NCBI GenBank assembly: GCA_047495785.1 | Contig: JBLDXI010000002.1 | Coordinates: 1-64,000, forward strand | Source of the DNA: Lepidodermella squamata | Taxonomy: Eukaryota; Animalia; Gastrotricha | Reading direction: 5' to 3' | Length of the DNA: 64,000 bases | In this document: positions 1 through 13,370 of the stretch, one piece after another | Layout of the letters: every line of letters starts with the position of its first letter | Position numbering within the stretch: position 1 is the first letter of the stretch | The notes under the pieces: model-generated | What the model saw: the letters and a program-made list of their open reading frames with translations, nothing else | What the model was told of the DNA's origin: nothing | The model's database searches: none | Position numbers and translations under genes: made by a program

Positions 1-163
1 ACACATCTCGTGAGAGTGGTATGGTATGCTAAGATGTGTCATTCACACAATCAATTCTTTACTGCTGCGTTAGCTAGGGTGCGAACAAGGATCCTGGAGC
101 TGCCAGAGATGGATAATGTAGTCATTGGTATTTCTTGCTGTATATTTTTAGGGGTCTTAGATT

Positions 164-609
164 TACCGGAACCAAAATTGCCCGTTGCGGGACCAAATTT
201 GGCCGGAAGAGGTAATTAATTCGTCCAAGAGTGGATTTTCCAAAATGTCTGACATTTTCCGATAAAGTTTTCTGAATTAATGACCATAAAATTCGCCGTC
301 AGAACAAAGCCCGGCAATCCAGTGCGCGAAGTACGGGGGGAATGAGGGGTATCGTACCCCCCAGTTCACAAGACAAAAGTGGAAAATCCACTAAAAAAAC
401 CACAGGAGGGACCCTTTGGTCATAAAATTTTGTCCCGAAAATACCCCCTAGCTCGAGGATTCTACTTCGCGCACTGTGGCATTCAATTTACGAACAGCAC
501 ATGATCATGATAACACAAATTATTGGAAAAATGGCAGTTTTCGATAATTTGCGTTTGGTGCCAACTACTGAAATTTGGTTCCGCAACAGCCAAATTTGGT
601 TCCGCTAAA
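164..609. mobile_element. Degenerate MITE-like element (~40-bp imperfect inverted repeats) containing a nested hAT MITE
   Basis: ttaccggaaccaaaattgcccgttgcgggaccaaattt (~164-200) is the imperfect reverse complement of aaatttggttccgcaacagccaaatttggttccgctaaa (571-609). No clear TSD. Confidence 0.55.
320..476. mobile_element. hAT-type MITE (157 bp)
   Basis: Perfect 14-bp TIR CAGTGCGCGAAGTA / TACTTCGCGCACTG. Flanking 8-mers cggcaatc / tggcattc match 6/8 (decayed TSD). Confidence 0.75.
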
Positions 610-1403
610 AGATATTCTGTATTTTTAGCCGGAAAGATGAGCAAAGCGAGATGATTCCGAAGATTTTCAACTTAAACAAGCGCTACGACTTCGCAAAATG
701 ATGAAACAGCCGGCTTTTCGTTTACCTTTCCGATCTCGCCTAGCTGGGGATGAGGTGAGAATGAGGTGGGCGGGGGTTGTAAATCTAACCCGGGTTGCCT
801 CCTATCTCAATATCGCTAAAACTATTACTGCGGCCATGAAAACCTTTATTCTCCCTGTCGTACCGTACCATAGATAAAAAGTAGCGTAAAAAACAGAACG
901 TGCTGCGTGTAGGAAGATAAGAGCAGTACACCAGTAAGATAAGGATAAGGTGAGAGGAATTGGGTGACATATACATTATTATCTTATCATCGCTTTCAGC
1001 TGCGCATAAACTTTGGAATGCCGGGATGATATTTTGAGAAGTTTTTCAATTTAATTTCGAAATCAATGAAAAGATGACTGGTTTGGAGAATTTTCTGTAA
1101 TTTCCAGCGAGTCGAAAAAAGCGTGTTCACTTGGAGGAGGGCTATTCTTGGATTCCAAGATGTTCTAACTCAGATGTTCTTAAAGATTTTAAATATTCAC
1201 ATTCCTTAGACAAATCTCCCTTAAAACACGGAAACTCCAAAAGTTGCCCTGAAAAGTGCGACGTACGCGATTTTTGTAAATCAGCATTTGTCGCCTATTT
1301 TCTCAACAAACCGTAGTATTCTCCAGTTAACAGTCAAATCCTTAGAAAGCATAAGTAAACGAATTATACTTTATTTCGTGAAGTAGCTACTTTAGATATC
1401 AGC

Positions 1404-3316
1404 TTACATCAAGCAACAATGATAGCCAACAAAAACAGCATGAAGCATCAAATCACTAAGTGGACTGCAGTTGCTAAGCATAATTTTCAACGAACTCATC
1501 CGTAATGACCTGCCCAAACATTTTGTTTTGTTGAAATAAATCGTTGGGAAGTAGAAGTTATTGTTATAGTTGAAACTGTCATCGCAAACCAATACAATGT
1601 CAGCATACTTGAAGCCCATTTTCAAAGTCTCATTTAGCGTTGAAATTCGTTGAAATTCAATGTGGACTTCAAAGTTGATAGTAAAAGGCTGACTACATCG
1701 CTTGCCCAGTTTGTATGCGATTCCGATTTTCGGCAGGTAATCACATCCCAAATTCATCATGAAATCGCTTTGTTTAAAAGCCAATTGAACCCAGTTTTGA
1801 CCACTTTCGGGTGAAGACGGTGGTAAGTTGAAGTACTGAACATTTTCCCCAGCTGTAACAACAACCTTTGCTCGATCGTAATTAGCTAGAAATCGTTTGA
1901 TGCTAGTTTCAACACGGGATGAATGATTCTGTATCGCTTCAATCAATTTTGTCGTATTGTGGAAGGTCCTTTCCATGGCAATGAAACAATTTGCGGCTGT
2001 GAGCCATGTGCTATTGAAAATTACAGTCACATGACCTATTGGATTGACCTGAGGTGCAAGTTTTGATTTTACGAATGAAGTGGAGTCAGGTAGCGCCTTA
2101 ATCTTCTTCAGGCGATTTAAAAGACTTTGAAATGAAATTTTGAAGTAATTGGTGATCGAAACTGCGATTTCGTGGTGCATGACTTCGGACGGATGAAATC
2201 CATCACTGGAGGTGTAAATTTCTGAAAATAAAGGTTTCCTGTTCTAAAATTAATTGAAATTCAAAAACTTTAAATTTGTCAGAATTTTTCAACATTGAAT
2301 TCGGGGTAGTTGGCAGTAAATTCTTTGAAATTTGCAATTTTTCAATTCAAAAACAGTATCTGTAGCATGCCTTACTTCGAAGTCTGTCTTGAAATTCCGT
2401 CTCCAGATTGTAGCTATCCAGATGGTCACAGATCCTATGCTTCCAAGTAATTGAGGTGAGTTCGTAATGGTCAGCCAAAGTTGCGAAATGCTCATTCTGA
2501 TAGGATTCACAATTCGGTTTGTAACTCCGGTTCCACATCCTAGAAAGTGCGTGGAAGTGGACTAGGACGACGTGAAGATCCGGCGCTTCCCTTCGAATGA
2601 CTCGAATAAGCTCTTCCATCGCATGCGCCTCTCCCTGTGAGAATGGAGCCATTTTACGCTCAGCGGCCATATCGTCGTTCACTGTCAGCTCGATGAAAAT
2701 GACATCGTAATCGGTTAGATTCAGGTGCTCTTTGATACAGGCTGAGTAGTAATTTGATGAGACAGCACTTATAGCTGCATTCCTAACTGAAACTTTTCTT
2801 CCGATTGAATTGAACACGTCACGCAACCAAGCACCAACTTTCTCGGTGTAAACAAGGCTCGTCTGTTATCAAATCATGTTTCAAATTATTGATTAAGTAT
2901 TGGAGTTGTAATAAGCTAACATTTTCAATGCCATGCGCTGCTGAGATTGAGCCGCCGATTGCAGCGATGCGTAGAGGTCGACTAGAATCCTCAAGCACTT
3001 GGATAATTGCCGAGTGAAGCCGAGTTTGATCGCCAAAAATCTGTATCGCTTCTTCCTCCAAATCGATGAATCTCCCTGTTAGTCTATCGAACCCGGTGAT
3101 ATTTGTTATTATTGCCGAAACTGGTAAAGGTTGCAAAATTTGATGGTTTCCGAGGCTGCAGGTTAGATTTATCCAGTAATCGAGTCTCCTTCGTAAAAAA
3201 TTGTCGCCATTATCAACAGAAGAGAGGTTGCGATCCGCTGGGAGGAGATGATAGCCGAAAATGAGTAGACAGGAAGCTATTGCTATTTTGGCAGCCTTTA
3301 CTGCACCTTGAGCCAT
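1404..3316 (-). CDS. GGSI-type SGNH hydrolase-fold protein, signal anchor, Cys-rich C-terminal domain (G1; exons 3316-2921, 2862-2376, 2221-1404)
   Basis: GT-AG splicing gives one open frame with blocks AAIGGSISAAHG, NAAISAVSSNY, ELTVNDD and YTSSDGFHPS. Hydrophobic N-terminus; ends GYHCCLM. Confidence 0.88.
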
Positions 3317-3913
3317 TCCATTTAGGTGAATGTCGCTATATTTTCATCGCGTGGTCGGATGCGGCGTGAACTTATGAGAGGGGCACTGAGCGAATGAATC
3401 CACGCGCATTGAAAAGGTCAGTTCATTGAGAATTGAGCCCTTTTTTCATTTCATTCTAGTAGCTTGTCACACCTGAATGGTTTTAAATCAGAACGTATAC
3501 ATACTCTTTAGCCCCTGATTCTATTAAATTCAATTTCCGAACGTGAATGAATGGCTAATTTCGATTTTCGTTAATAGATACAGTATGTATGTTGGCAGTG
3601 AAAATTAAATTTATTTTGAATATAATCTCATGTCGAGGAAAATATTTCCAATCAGTTCAAGGACAAAGGGAAAAAATGCAGTCGCGTCTAAATCGAAAGT
3701 TTCCAAGTGAATAATCCCTTCTGAATCCGATCAATAATTATTGGTGTAAATTGTAGTGAAAAACGAGAAAATAATGCATAATGAACTAGGTCAATGCTCC
3801 ACGCCCAGTAACGCTGCCAATTCATCTAACAAAAAATGTCGGGTTTTAAAAATAAATGAGAGAAACACGTGCCAAACTTTTTTCACAGCCGATCTTGCAA
3901 GCCTTCATTAAAC

Positions 3914-5635
3914 ATGATTTTTGAAATTTTATGCTTCATTCTCGCTGTTTCTCATTCGGTTAGATCAGCGACGCCAGAAACTTGCGAAGCTACCATCATC
4001 GATCAGGCTAACTACAAGCAATGGTGCCGCCTTAATGACACTACCTATTTTCCTCACAAAAATGATATCCAGACCTATTTTGTCGCCTCGAATTCAACCT
4101 GTTTGCAGTCGAAATGTTCAGGAAGTTCAGCCTTCAATCCGAAGCTCTGTTCTTGTCGTTGCCCAGCCGCGCCTCCAAAACCTTGCCCTGTTCTGATGTC
4201 ATACTTCTACGATGAGGCGAACCAAATCTGCGAATGCCGCTGTAACGCCTCACCTCCCGATGCTGGGCCGATTTGCGAGAAAAATGGCCGTAGAGCTAGC
4301 TCTCAACTGTCGACAGCCTATTACCAAGTCGATTCGAATGGCTGCACACAACCGAAAAGAAACTGCCCGGCTGGCACTTACAACGCAACGTCTTGCGAAT
4401 GTGAATGCCCAGCTGGCTCAGCATCGAATCCAGCTGTCATCCGGGGGAATCAATGTACGCGCAATTCGAAGCGATTTGGTGGCGTTAGTGGGAAGAGTTA
4501 CTTTGACGAAACGGTCAACATGTGCTATAAACCAGAGGTTACATGCCCGTTTCCTAATCAAGTCTTTGACACGTCTGACAAATGCGATTGCGTTTGTAAG
4601 TTGAGTTGTCCAACCGGCTATCAAGTGACCGAAACATGCGATTGCGCTTGTCTCCCTCCACCGCAAAATGTGTTGATTGACGATAGATGCCCCGTCGGTG
4701 CGAATTCTTATAGATATGTTGCTAGCGATAATACTACCGCCTACTACGAATCCGATGCAAACGATTGTATCCCTCAAAGCCCAACTTGGTGTGACTACGG
4801 CAGATTCTACGCTGGAGGCATTTGTGGCTGCCAATGCGAACCATCAACGTACCGATCCATCATCGATATGATACCCCGGAGCCCTCGTTACGAAGCGAAA
4901 TGTACAGGGGGTGAGTTGAGATATGGGTCATTCTCCGATCCTAAGACCTACTACCGACTGGAATTGCCAACCAAGTGCTACCGCGAGATGAAGTGTTCGA
5001 ACCCTGGCGAAATTTTCGACCCTGAAACCTGCAGTTGTGCGTGTTTGAAGCCGATAGTTCAGGGTGAATATGTCGAGGCTGAGCCGACTTGTCAGGGTAA
5101 TTATATGTACCCTTATGTCCCGGCGAGTTCTGCGGATGAGGTTGTTGCTGAGCGGTACTACGTTATGGAGAATGGTTGTAAAAACTGGAAGAAATGCCTA
5201 GCCGGTTCAAGTTTCATCTTCCAGGGCTGCAAATGTGCTCCCAATCCAACAGTAAGTCACCCTAAAATTGATGAAACTATAACATATTGAATTTTTTAGT
5301 TCACTGTCATAAAAAATCCAGGCTCGATGAACAAGAGTTCGGCCGTCGCGGCATGCAGCTCGAAAAGCCTTTCGCCAGCCCGCATTCTCAACGATCTGTA
5401 CTACAGCCGAATGGTTCGACTAAACTTGGGCGAGTCGCGCTTTTGGATTGATGGCACACCCGAGATAAACTCTGTCTACAAGTGGAGCGACGGCAGTGAA
5501 TTTCTGCTTCGATATTACCCGTTTACATCGGTTTCCGGCGGCTTCAACACTGAACAGTGCGTGCTGCTTTCGAACTCGATTGAGACCGTTAATTGGTGGT
5601 GCGACGACTTGCAAGACGGGGTCATTTGCCAATAA
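3914..5635 (+). CDS. Secreted Cys-rich repeat protein (chitin-binding type 2-like / CXCXC modules) with C-terminal C-type lectin domain (exons 3914-5251, 5300-5635)
   Basis: Signal peptide MIFEILCFILAVSHSVRS. About 6 modules of the form C..(Y)Y...C...C..G..F(N/D)P..CxCxC. A 48-nt phase-0 intron joins to a CTLD (A..AC, FWIDG, YKWSDGS, CVLL, WC..GVICQ). Confidence 0.8.
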
Positions 5636-5957
5636 ATCATTTATCTTCTCTGACTTTTTGCTTTGAAAAAATATGCGGTATTCGCAACGTGTTGTGATCT
5701 TCGGAATTGAATCATTGTGAAAATTTATTGGCTTGAATAAAAAAGTAGTCCTCAAATCGAAAGGAGGCTTTGAAACTACAAGCTACATTAATAGGTTTAA
5801 CTTGGAAAAACAATCGGGGCATCAAAATGCAAAATAGTCAGATCAATCTCCGGGGAGGGCAACCGCACTGACGACAGATTTTCCTTTGATATTTCGCGCT
5901 ATACCGCCAACTTGAGTGGGGGGGGGGGGTAAATTACTAGGCTACGCCCAATGTCAG

Positions 5958-6328
5958 CATGTGACGTAGATAGGACGCCGCACTCAGAGCACGCCGGTTG
6001 ACCAAAAAACGTCACTTTTTAGCTCATGAATATTCAGAATAATTTTAAATTAATTAGTTCAAGTTCCAAAGATCGCTAAAAGTAGTGTTTTTGGCGGGAT
6101 TTCCGAGATGAGATGCATCTTTGAAGATGAATTCAAATGACGGATGGCGGCATCTGCTCAAAGTTTGATCAACTGCTAACACAAATAGCACAAGAAAAAT
6201 TGGGGTCGAAAATAATTACATGATTCATCTCATTAAATTTGAAACGATGAACTTTGCTCCTTATTAGTCTGACTTCAGTTTTTCGTGTCCGAAAACCTCT
6301 TAGAGCGGCGTCCTATCTACGTCACATG
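5958..6328. mobile_element. hAT-type MITE (371 bp), same TIR family as the nested element at 15804-17474
   Basis: Perfect 24-bp TIR CATGTGACGTAGATAGGACGCCGC. Perfect 8-bp TSD AATGTCAG at 5950-5957 and 6329-6336. Confidence 0.93.
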
Positions 6329-6642
6329 AATGTCAGCAGTTACGAATATTGCATGATATAGTATGAGTAGCAGGAGTAGGAGGAACGTTTCATTCGTTTT
6401 ACTCGATCTATATTTCATGCTACTCGAAAATATAGTTCTACGAATACTGTATCGTGAAATATTGCATGTGTGGGAATATTTTCGCAACGCACAAATAAAA
6501 GAAATTAAAAAATCCATCTTAACAAATCGTCAAAAAATGGCTTCCCATTCATTTTTGCTCATTTTTCTCATTCCGTCGAATTTTGTTTCCTTTTGAACGT
6601 CGTTTTGCATGCTATTCTGCCCCACCGAATCGTCGAAATTCT

Positions 6643-7270
6643 CGCCCCTAGTGAAAATTTCGATTGCAGAATATTGCAAAATTTAGTGTTTTTAAGGCCA
6701 TTTTCTGGCTTTCAGATTAGCGCATAATAGAGCACTTTTTGAGACCCCCAAACAAGACTAATCTGAATTTTGGCTTGGATACGTCGATGTGCAGAATTCA
6801 GAATGCGCAATTTTACAATATGACAGCTTTGTTATAGCTATACTATGATAGCCAATTTACCGGTTTTCGTGTATTTTTATGTCAAATATCGAACCGTAAA
6901 GGTACTGTATAGGTAACGTATGGTGGGTGGCAGGCCATTTGCCAGACACCTTTTAGGCCTTATGGACAGCTGGGGGCCCTCACGGCCATCAAGTGCCGCA
7001 ACTCGAAAAATGTGGAAATCATTAAAATTTTATGGGCATTTTTACTTTGGGTGTGGGTCATAAGGTGAAATTATTCAAAACCAGTAAATTCGTTTGCATA
7101 TGCACCACCGCCCTAAACCAAAACCTTCAAGTCCACGCCAATGAGCATGGTTAAATTTGCCAAAATGCATTTTACTCGTTAGCAAATGTAAAATAACGCA
7201 TTCTTGGGTTTCACTGAACCCTGCTTAAAGTGGCTTTGCAAAATTTTACCCCATATTTTCACTAGGGGCG
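6643..7270. mobile_element. Non-autonomous TIR element, superfamily unassigned
   Basis: Perfect 16-bp IR CGCCCCTAGTGAAAAT (6643-6658) / ATTTTCACTAGGGGCG (7255-7270). No coding content and no clear TSD. Confidence 0.6.
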
Positions 7271-7568
7271 AATTAATAAACCCAGAACTCTGCCCAGATT
7301 GGCCATACTGCCGCCTTCGAATCGTTCGACCGATCAATGATCAATGACGTAGCCTGCTCTTTCGTCAAAATCGAAGCTCGTGAAAAATGTGGCACCTCCC
7401 CCGAAGAACCCAGAACCCAGAAGAAGCTGGCTCAATGTGAGCGCTGGTTTGTAGCGATGGAAGCGAATCGGCCGCAGTCCGACGAATTTCATCCTGATTC
7501 TCTCATTGCCGAGTGGCTCGATTTTGAAGACGCGCGTCGCAATTGTTGCTCGGTACCTCGAATTCGTC

Positions 7569-7818
7569 AACTGGATCACAATCGTGCAATCTTTGGCAGG
7601 CTGGTACAAACCCAGGCCCGGATTTCTCGGGGTCGAAGTGCTCGAAATGCTCCCGAATTCACGTATCTTTCGATTAGTGCTTCTGGTTCGTTCGATCGAT
7701 GCTTAGGTCGAAATGCTGCCCAAATTGTGCCTGTGAATTTCCTGTGTGAACTGGATCACAATCGTGCAATCGTTGGCAGACTGGTACGAACTCAAGCCGG
7801 GATTTCTTTGGGTCGAAG
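7569..7818. repeat. Local direct duplication (~70-bp unit, 180-bp period)
   Basis: aactggatcacaatcgtgcaatc..tggcag.ctggtac.aa.....ggatttct..gggtcgaag occurs at 7569 and 7749. Confidence 0.75.
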
Positions 7819-8285
7819 GTCGAAATGCTGCCCAATATGTTGCCTGTGCATTACCCCACCAAAATTCTGCCCGTTTTTGTTTACTTTTTTTTAATAAATT
7901 GCGTTGCGAAAACTGTTTCCCTCTGTTTCAACTGTTGAACTAGGTACTAGGTGTTCTATATTCGAAATATAGACGATTCTTGACAAAAATATAGTTATAT
8001 CTATGTCTATATATTTAAAATATGAAAAAATATTAATCCCTCACTCAAAGCGAAAAATATGAACACAATGCTATATTTCTCGTTTCTCACGTTTATGAAT
8101 AAAACAGAACAAGGGGTCGAAATTGGAGCGTTGTTATTCTGTCGTATTCCCAGTATCATGGCAAAATCGATTATGTCGAAATCAGCCCACGCCAATTATC
8201 AGGGGAAGAGGCAGGGGGAGTTGTGTATCCTCACTTGCACTTTCGAGTTTCTATTGGTGTTTTTGAAATCGCGGCAATTGTTGGA

Positions 8286-9769
8286 ATGCTGCACATCATA
8301 ATCATTGCCTCTATTTGCCTATTTGCTGTGGCCAAAGCATACGTGCCACCTGAAGAGGTACTTCGAGCCGAACTTGCTTCTCAATGCAAAATCTACGCCC
8401 GCCATTCGAGACCAGTTCTCGATGTCAAGGATCCGGTCCAATTAATGATTGGTTTACTGCCCATGAGTTTCAGAGCCATTGATGAAAAATCTCAAACTTT
8501 TTCAATGCTGATAGAGCTCGACGTTGGGTGGACGCATCCATGCACGGCGTGGTCAGATTGGAATGATACGCGGCTCCAAAACATTTCCAGCATGAGGGAA
8601 CAAGTAAGGGTTACTTATGTTGAAATTAAATTAGGGTGCGTTGCACACATTATTATGTGCCCCCTAATGGCTATTGGCACATGACGCTAATTTCAATTTT
8701 CGATGGTTCTGAAAATCACCCATCGAATTGTTCCACGAGTTTTTCGTCAACGGGGAATCGAATGGCGATATCGAAATTGCAGGCAAAGGCCCGCGAATTG
8801 GGGAATCCGTCATCCAATGGGTAGCCCAGGTAGAGTAAATTCAGTCGAAAACAGTCGAATGCAAAATTGTATGTGCCAATTAAGTGACACATAATTATGT
8901 GCCAATAGCCACACCGATTAAATTAATCTAAATTTCAGGCTGATTCAATATGGCTTCCATCTATACACCATCTCAATGCTGCAGAAGATGTTAATGTTTT
9001 AACAACTTCAGCCGTTACTAATTTTGTTTTCCTGGATGGATCAGGATTTGTTTCTTGGAATGCGATAGTCGGCATATCATCTCTTTGCGAACTGCGTCTT
9101 CGAAAATTTCCATTTGACACTCAGATTTGCGAACTCAAATTCGAATCTTGGGAAAACTCCGGTAAAGTCAGCATCCAACTGGAGGATCCAGCGATTCTTC
9201 TTGAAGAGAAAGATTTCAAAACTTTTATCAGTCAAAGTGATATTTGGCAGCTTGAAAACATTACAGCTAAACTCGAGAATACTGAATATGTTGGTTACCC
9301 TAAAAAATATGATCGAGCAGTGTATACATTCACGATTTCTCGGAAAAGCGGCACCTACGTCCTCCTGATTGTGTTCCCTTCGATTTGCCTATCAATGTTG
9401 CTGATTTGTTCCGGGTTTTTACCGCCTGAAGTTCCAGATCGGCCCGTCTTCAGCTCCACGGTCGTGCTAGCATTTTCGGTCATGCAATCAAGCACCGGCG
9501 ATTCGATTCCGAGAACATCTGAGCTGCCATACATTCTGATGTTTCTCGCTTTTCAACTGGCCTCTTCGGCAATCTGCACCATTTACACGCTGTTGGCTAG
9601 CCAATTCGCGCATAGAAAATGGGCGGCGGTAACGCACCGCGTGTCACTTGGGCGATGGACTGTCTTATCGGTGACAAGATTGAGACTAGTGGATCTCATA
9701 TTTTTCACTATTTTTGCTGCCATAGAAATTACAGTCTCCCTTGCTACATTTTTCGCTCTCCTGCTATGA
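8286..9769 (+). CDS. Cys-loop ligand-gated ion channel subunit, orphan (LGIC1; exons 8286-8603, 8939-9769; ~382 aa)
   Basis: Signal peptide, SRPV, AIDEKSQTF, IWLPSI, Cys-loop CELRLRKFPFDTQIC, FESW, four TM helices, IPRTS in the M2-M3 loop. Spliced frame open throughout. Confidence 0.92.
8634..8916. mobile_element. MULE/Mutator-like MITE in the LGIC1 intron
   Basis: 9-bp TSD ATTAAATTA (8625-8633, 8917-8925). Degenerate TIRs with cacat(a/t)attatgtg. Absent from the homologous 51-nt intron of LGIC3. Confidence 0.8.
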
Positions 9770-10409
9770 AGCTTCGCGGACAGGTGATCAAATAACAAAA
9801 TGTAGTGACTTCATATTGTTCTTCCTGTTGTTTTGAATTAAAGTTATTGTATAAAAATGTTGAAAAGTATGATTTTATTATGACTTTTCTAAAATTGGGG
9901 CGTCACGTGATGATAATTTTACAAAATTTTTAAAACAATCTGAAGCCATACATTTTCAATACATCGTTTCAATACATCAACATATCGAAATTTGCGATCA
10001 CTGTTGAACCGCTCAAAAGTCCAATCCTGATGCGCTCGCCTATTGGTCAATACATGTAGATCGTTGCTATGACCCCTACATGAAACGTTCAGTCGTGGGA
10101 TCCACAAAAATGTCTGCAAGAATTTTTTTACGCAGCTAATATGGAAGTTACGCTCGTGGTCAATGGAGACCGTGCAGAAGTGCTGTCGCCATGTCATTTT
10201 TTACATGAATATGAAATGATTTTTCATTGGATCGCAATGCAGAAAATGTTCATCCCGGAGTCAAGGCAACGATCAATTGATTAATCAGCATGAGCGCCAG
10301 AGCTCAAATTTGTAGTGGTTCCACAATGCATGTAACAACTACGGATTATGAAGCACTCAGGAACACGCAATCATCTAAATTTACTCAGGTTTATTTTGCA
10401 GTTTCACTA

Positions 10410-12268
10410 TCAATTACAACATTCATAGGCTAAAATGAGGCTATGTATTTCAGCCATTGTTTTAGGATACACCAGGCGAAGCGTGACCGTCATGCTTTCG
10501 ATCTTCACGTCTCTAGTCCTACATTGCGATTCTACTTCATCAAGGTACATCGGAAGCAGGTAGTGAACACCTCTCAGCCTCCATGGAGCGGTACAAAGCA
10601 AGGGTGCAGTTGGGTGGCGATAAATTCGGTTGAAATTTCTGGAGCCACCAATGGCGAGGACGAACTCGATTTTAACATCAAGAGCAGACGGAAAACCTTG
10701 ATTGCTATAGACGCTGTCAATAACATAACCAATCCCTAATTTCGGCACGTATCCGATTTTATCAGCGCATGGCAGCTTGCCTGTGTTCACCGAGAAATCG
10801 TTACTGTTGAATCGGAATGTAACGAAAGAGCCCATATTTGGCAGGAAAAAATCCACCAGATATTCGCCAGAGTTTGCCTTGACCCTCCTGTGGCGGTAAT
10901 CTGCCACGAACACAATTTGTGTGAAAGAATCGTTCGATTTTGCGATCATTGCGTCGACAAGTCGGTTGCTTCTGACGTGTGGCCGATCCATAGCTAGAAA
11001 ACAGTCTGACGAGCCGATTTTCGAAGCATTTGTCATAAGAGGCGTTTCTTCGATGTCAAGCTTATCAATCGTCGCGAGAGAAACCATTCGATTAGAACCA
11101 TTGTTTGCGATGTCCTTTGAAAGTGTATCCAGAAGGCGCTCGACGGATGCCCTTAGGTAGGATGCCAAACCATTTGCAATTTCGGCATGCATGAGACGCG
11201 ATGGATGAAAATCATTTTGGGACGTTGTGTAAGCGCCTATGACAATATCAAATTAATTATAGATTCAAATAGATTAAATTAACTAGAACAGCATTAAATA
11301 GAATATGAACCTATGGGGCTTAACCTTGCCAACATAAACTTACGCTTGATTGCATCCATTTGAGAGTCCCATGAAGCTGCGTTGTAGCAATTGCAAACGC
11401 GATGGTGCCATCGAATCGTCGTCAGATTGTAATGTTCAGCAACCTGCCTGTGAATTGCCTGATAGATCCGGGAACAATTAGGGGGCTTCGCGAGTACCTT
11501 GTTAGCGTCAGGAAAGTTCATGAGAATAACTTCAATCTTCGGATTCTGTCGTCTAATGACGCGAATCAGTTGTTCGAGGTTATGCCCATCATTGATGAAA
11601 TAGTCATCTAACGGGATATTTACAGCAGAATCATCGTTGACCATCTCATCGATGAAAAAAATGTCAATATCGGTAAGATTCAAATGGCTTTTCACGCAAC
11701 CGGTGAAGTAGTTCGATGTAACTCCACCCAATCCGGCTTTGTAAGCTTCGACTCCAATCCCGACTGAAGCTAGCCAGGAACTCATCCATTCTTTGATCAA
11801 GACATGATATACTTCGTTTTCGTTCACACCGTGACCTGCCGTGATCGACCCTCCGATTGCAGCTATTCGTAAAGGTCGTCGCTTTTCGCCTTTTTGAAGT
11901 AGCAAGTTGACGAGTCGGAGGTGGAATCGGTGTGTGGATCCAAGCGTCTCAAATGACTGCTCGTCGATAGAGTCTGCAGTCAACTTCGGATTACCTTTGA
12001 TTATCAAATTAATCAAGAGTTTTGATCCCATTGGTCGTTTCGGCAAACTAAAGTTGGCTAACAGGCGGAGTCTATCGACAACCGTAAACCAGTCTTCTCG
12101 AGATATCGGCATCTCGGCGTCATTTTCGCTCGGTTTGAAATTAGGCTTGAGGAGGCTTATCGAGCTCGGAACATTTTGAAACTCTAAGTCAAGATACATA
12201 ATAATCCCGAAAATACTTGCGACCGAGAGAATCGAGAATATCCAACCGTTCGACAAAGAAATGTGCAT
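10410..12268 (-). CDS. GGSI-type SGNH protein, 2-exon subfamily (G2; exons 12268-11344, 11236-10410)
   Basis: TM anchor WIFSILSVASIFGIIMYL. Blocks GGSITAGHG, AGLGGVTSNYF, DEMVNDD, YTTSQNDFHPS; ends AYECCN. A phase-1 intron keeps the frame. Confidence 0.9.
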
Positions 12269-12361
12269 TGGTTCGCAGAAACTGAAATTGCCAAGAAACG
12301 TAAGAACGCTAAGGAGTTAATTTTGTTGCATGCTGTTTTTTACGTTGTTGTTTGTGTTTTT

Positions 12362-12410
12362 TTTTATTACTATCAGCCATTCATAATTTCGATTGATCCG
12401 CAGCGAAAAT
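12362..12410 (-). promoter_or_regulatory. Conserved upstream element of 2-exon SGNH genes (candidate core promoter)
   Basis: ttttattactatcagccattcataatttcgatt..tccgcagc recurs upstream of G7 (37546-37592) and partly upstream of G6 (~29455-29485), while surrounding intergenic DNA differs. Confidence 0.5.
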
Positions 12411-12944
12411 CCTCAGCCATTTGAAATGATCCAACTGAAGTCGTAGCGCTCCTATTCATTTTTATAGGATTATTGGAAGATATTATTGACAGCATTCATA
12501 GACTCCGCAGACTCAGAATCTCAGACACTGTTATAGGTTAAACTATAAGCGATGCGGAGCAGCCATACTCATTTTCGCGTCGCCGGTACAACATTGTGCA
12601 GTTACTTGCAGTTACAGTCGAGGTACGACGGCAGGAAATAGTGAACGCTTTGATGCAAATTTTGCGTCACACACTGCAGAGAGGCGGTCGAATAGGAGCA
12701 ATGATTTACGAAATTCCTCATCAGTTTTGTACCTACTTGCGGTAGCCCACTTGGAGTATGCAACATCGTTGTGCCTCATTCGTTAGGACCGAGTCTAAAT
12801 CGGACCCGTCTCCTTTCGTCGACGGCGCCATAGTTGTCTCAAACCAACACAAATGTATCATCGACTCGTGAAGTATCTCGTCATAGGACAAGAAACTAAC
12901 TAATAATGACGTAATACGTAACATGTCGTTAGCGTCGTTGAATA

Positions 12945-13370
12945 CCGTATTTCATCGATTAATAGCCTCCCTCGAATAAAAGCTCCCTCGAATAATAGCC
13001 TGATATATTCGGCTGTTTTCGGCATTTAAAACTAAATAGTAGCCACGCCTTGCCTTGTCCGAAGCAGGTAGCGCGCTGGAGGGGGGAAAAAGCTGTCCTA
13101 ATTTCGTCGCCTACAACTGCTAGGCGGATTATAGGTGTTAGACGTAAGCCGCTGTTTGCGGATGTCGAGGACAGATTAGCATTAGCAGCGCGGGTCAGAC
13201 AACAGAGAAGTCAACCACGGAAACGACTTGCGATGATGAATTTTGCCAATTGCCTATAAATAATAGCTCACCTGGAATAATAGCCCCTCGAATAATTGCC
13301 TCTTTTTGGACCATTTTCGGAGTTTCGGAAAAAATAGTAGCCATGATGGCTATTATTTGATGAAATACGG
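12945..13370 (+). mobile_element. pogo/Tigger-like (Tc1-mariner) internal-deletion element
   Basis: TA TSDs. TIR CCGTATTTCATCGATTAATAGCC / GGCTATTATTTGATGAAATACGG. Internal remnant RRKPLFADVEDRL..VRQQRS resembles a CENP-B-type HTH. Confidence 0.85.

Noticed and set aside
7337-7894. 185-aa ORF as a real gene
   Set aside because: It has no recognisable motif, is largely generated by a local duplication, and sits among TE fragments.
8286-9769. Assignment as a nicotinic alpha subunit with a gene symbol
   Set aside because: There is no vicinal Cys-Cys, the M2 ring is atypical and the intracellular loop is minimal, so orthology cannot be supported.
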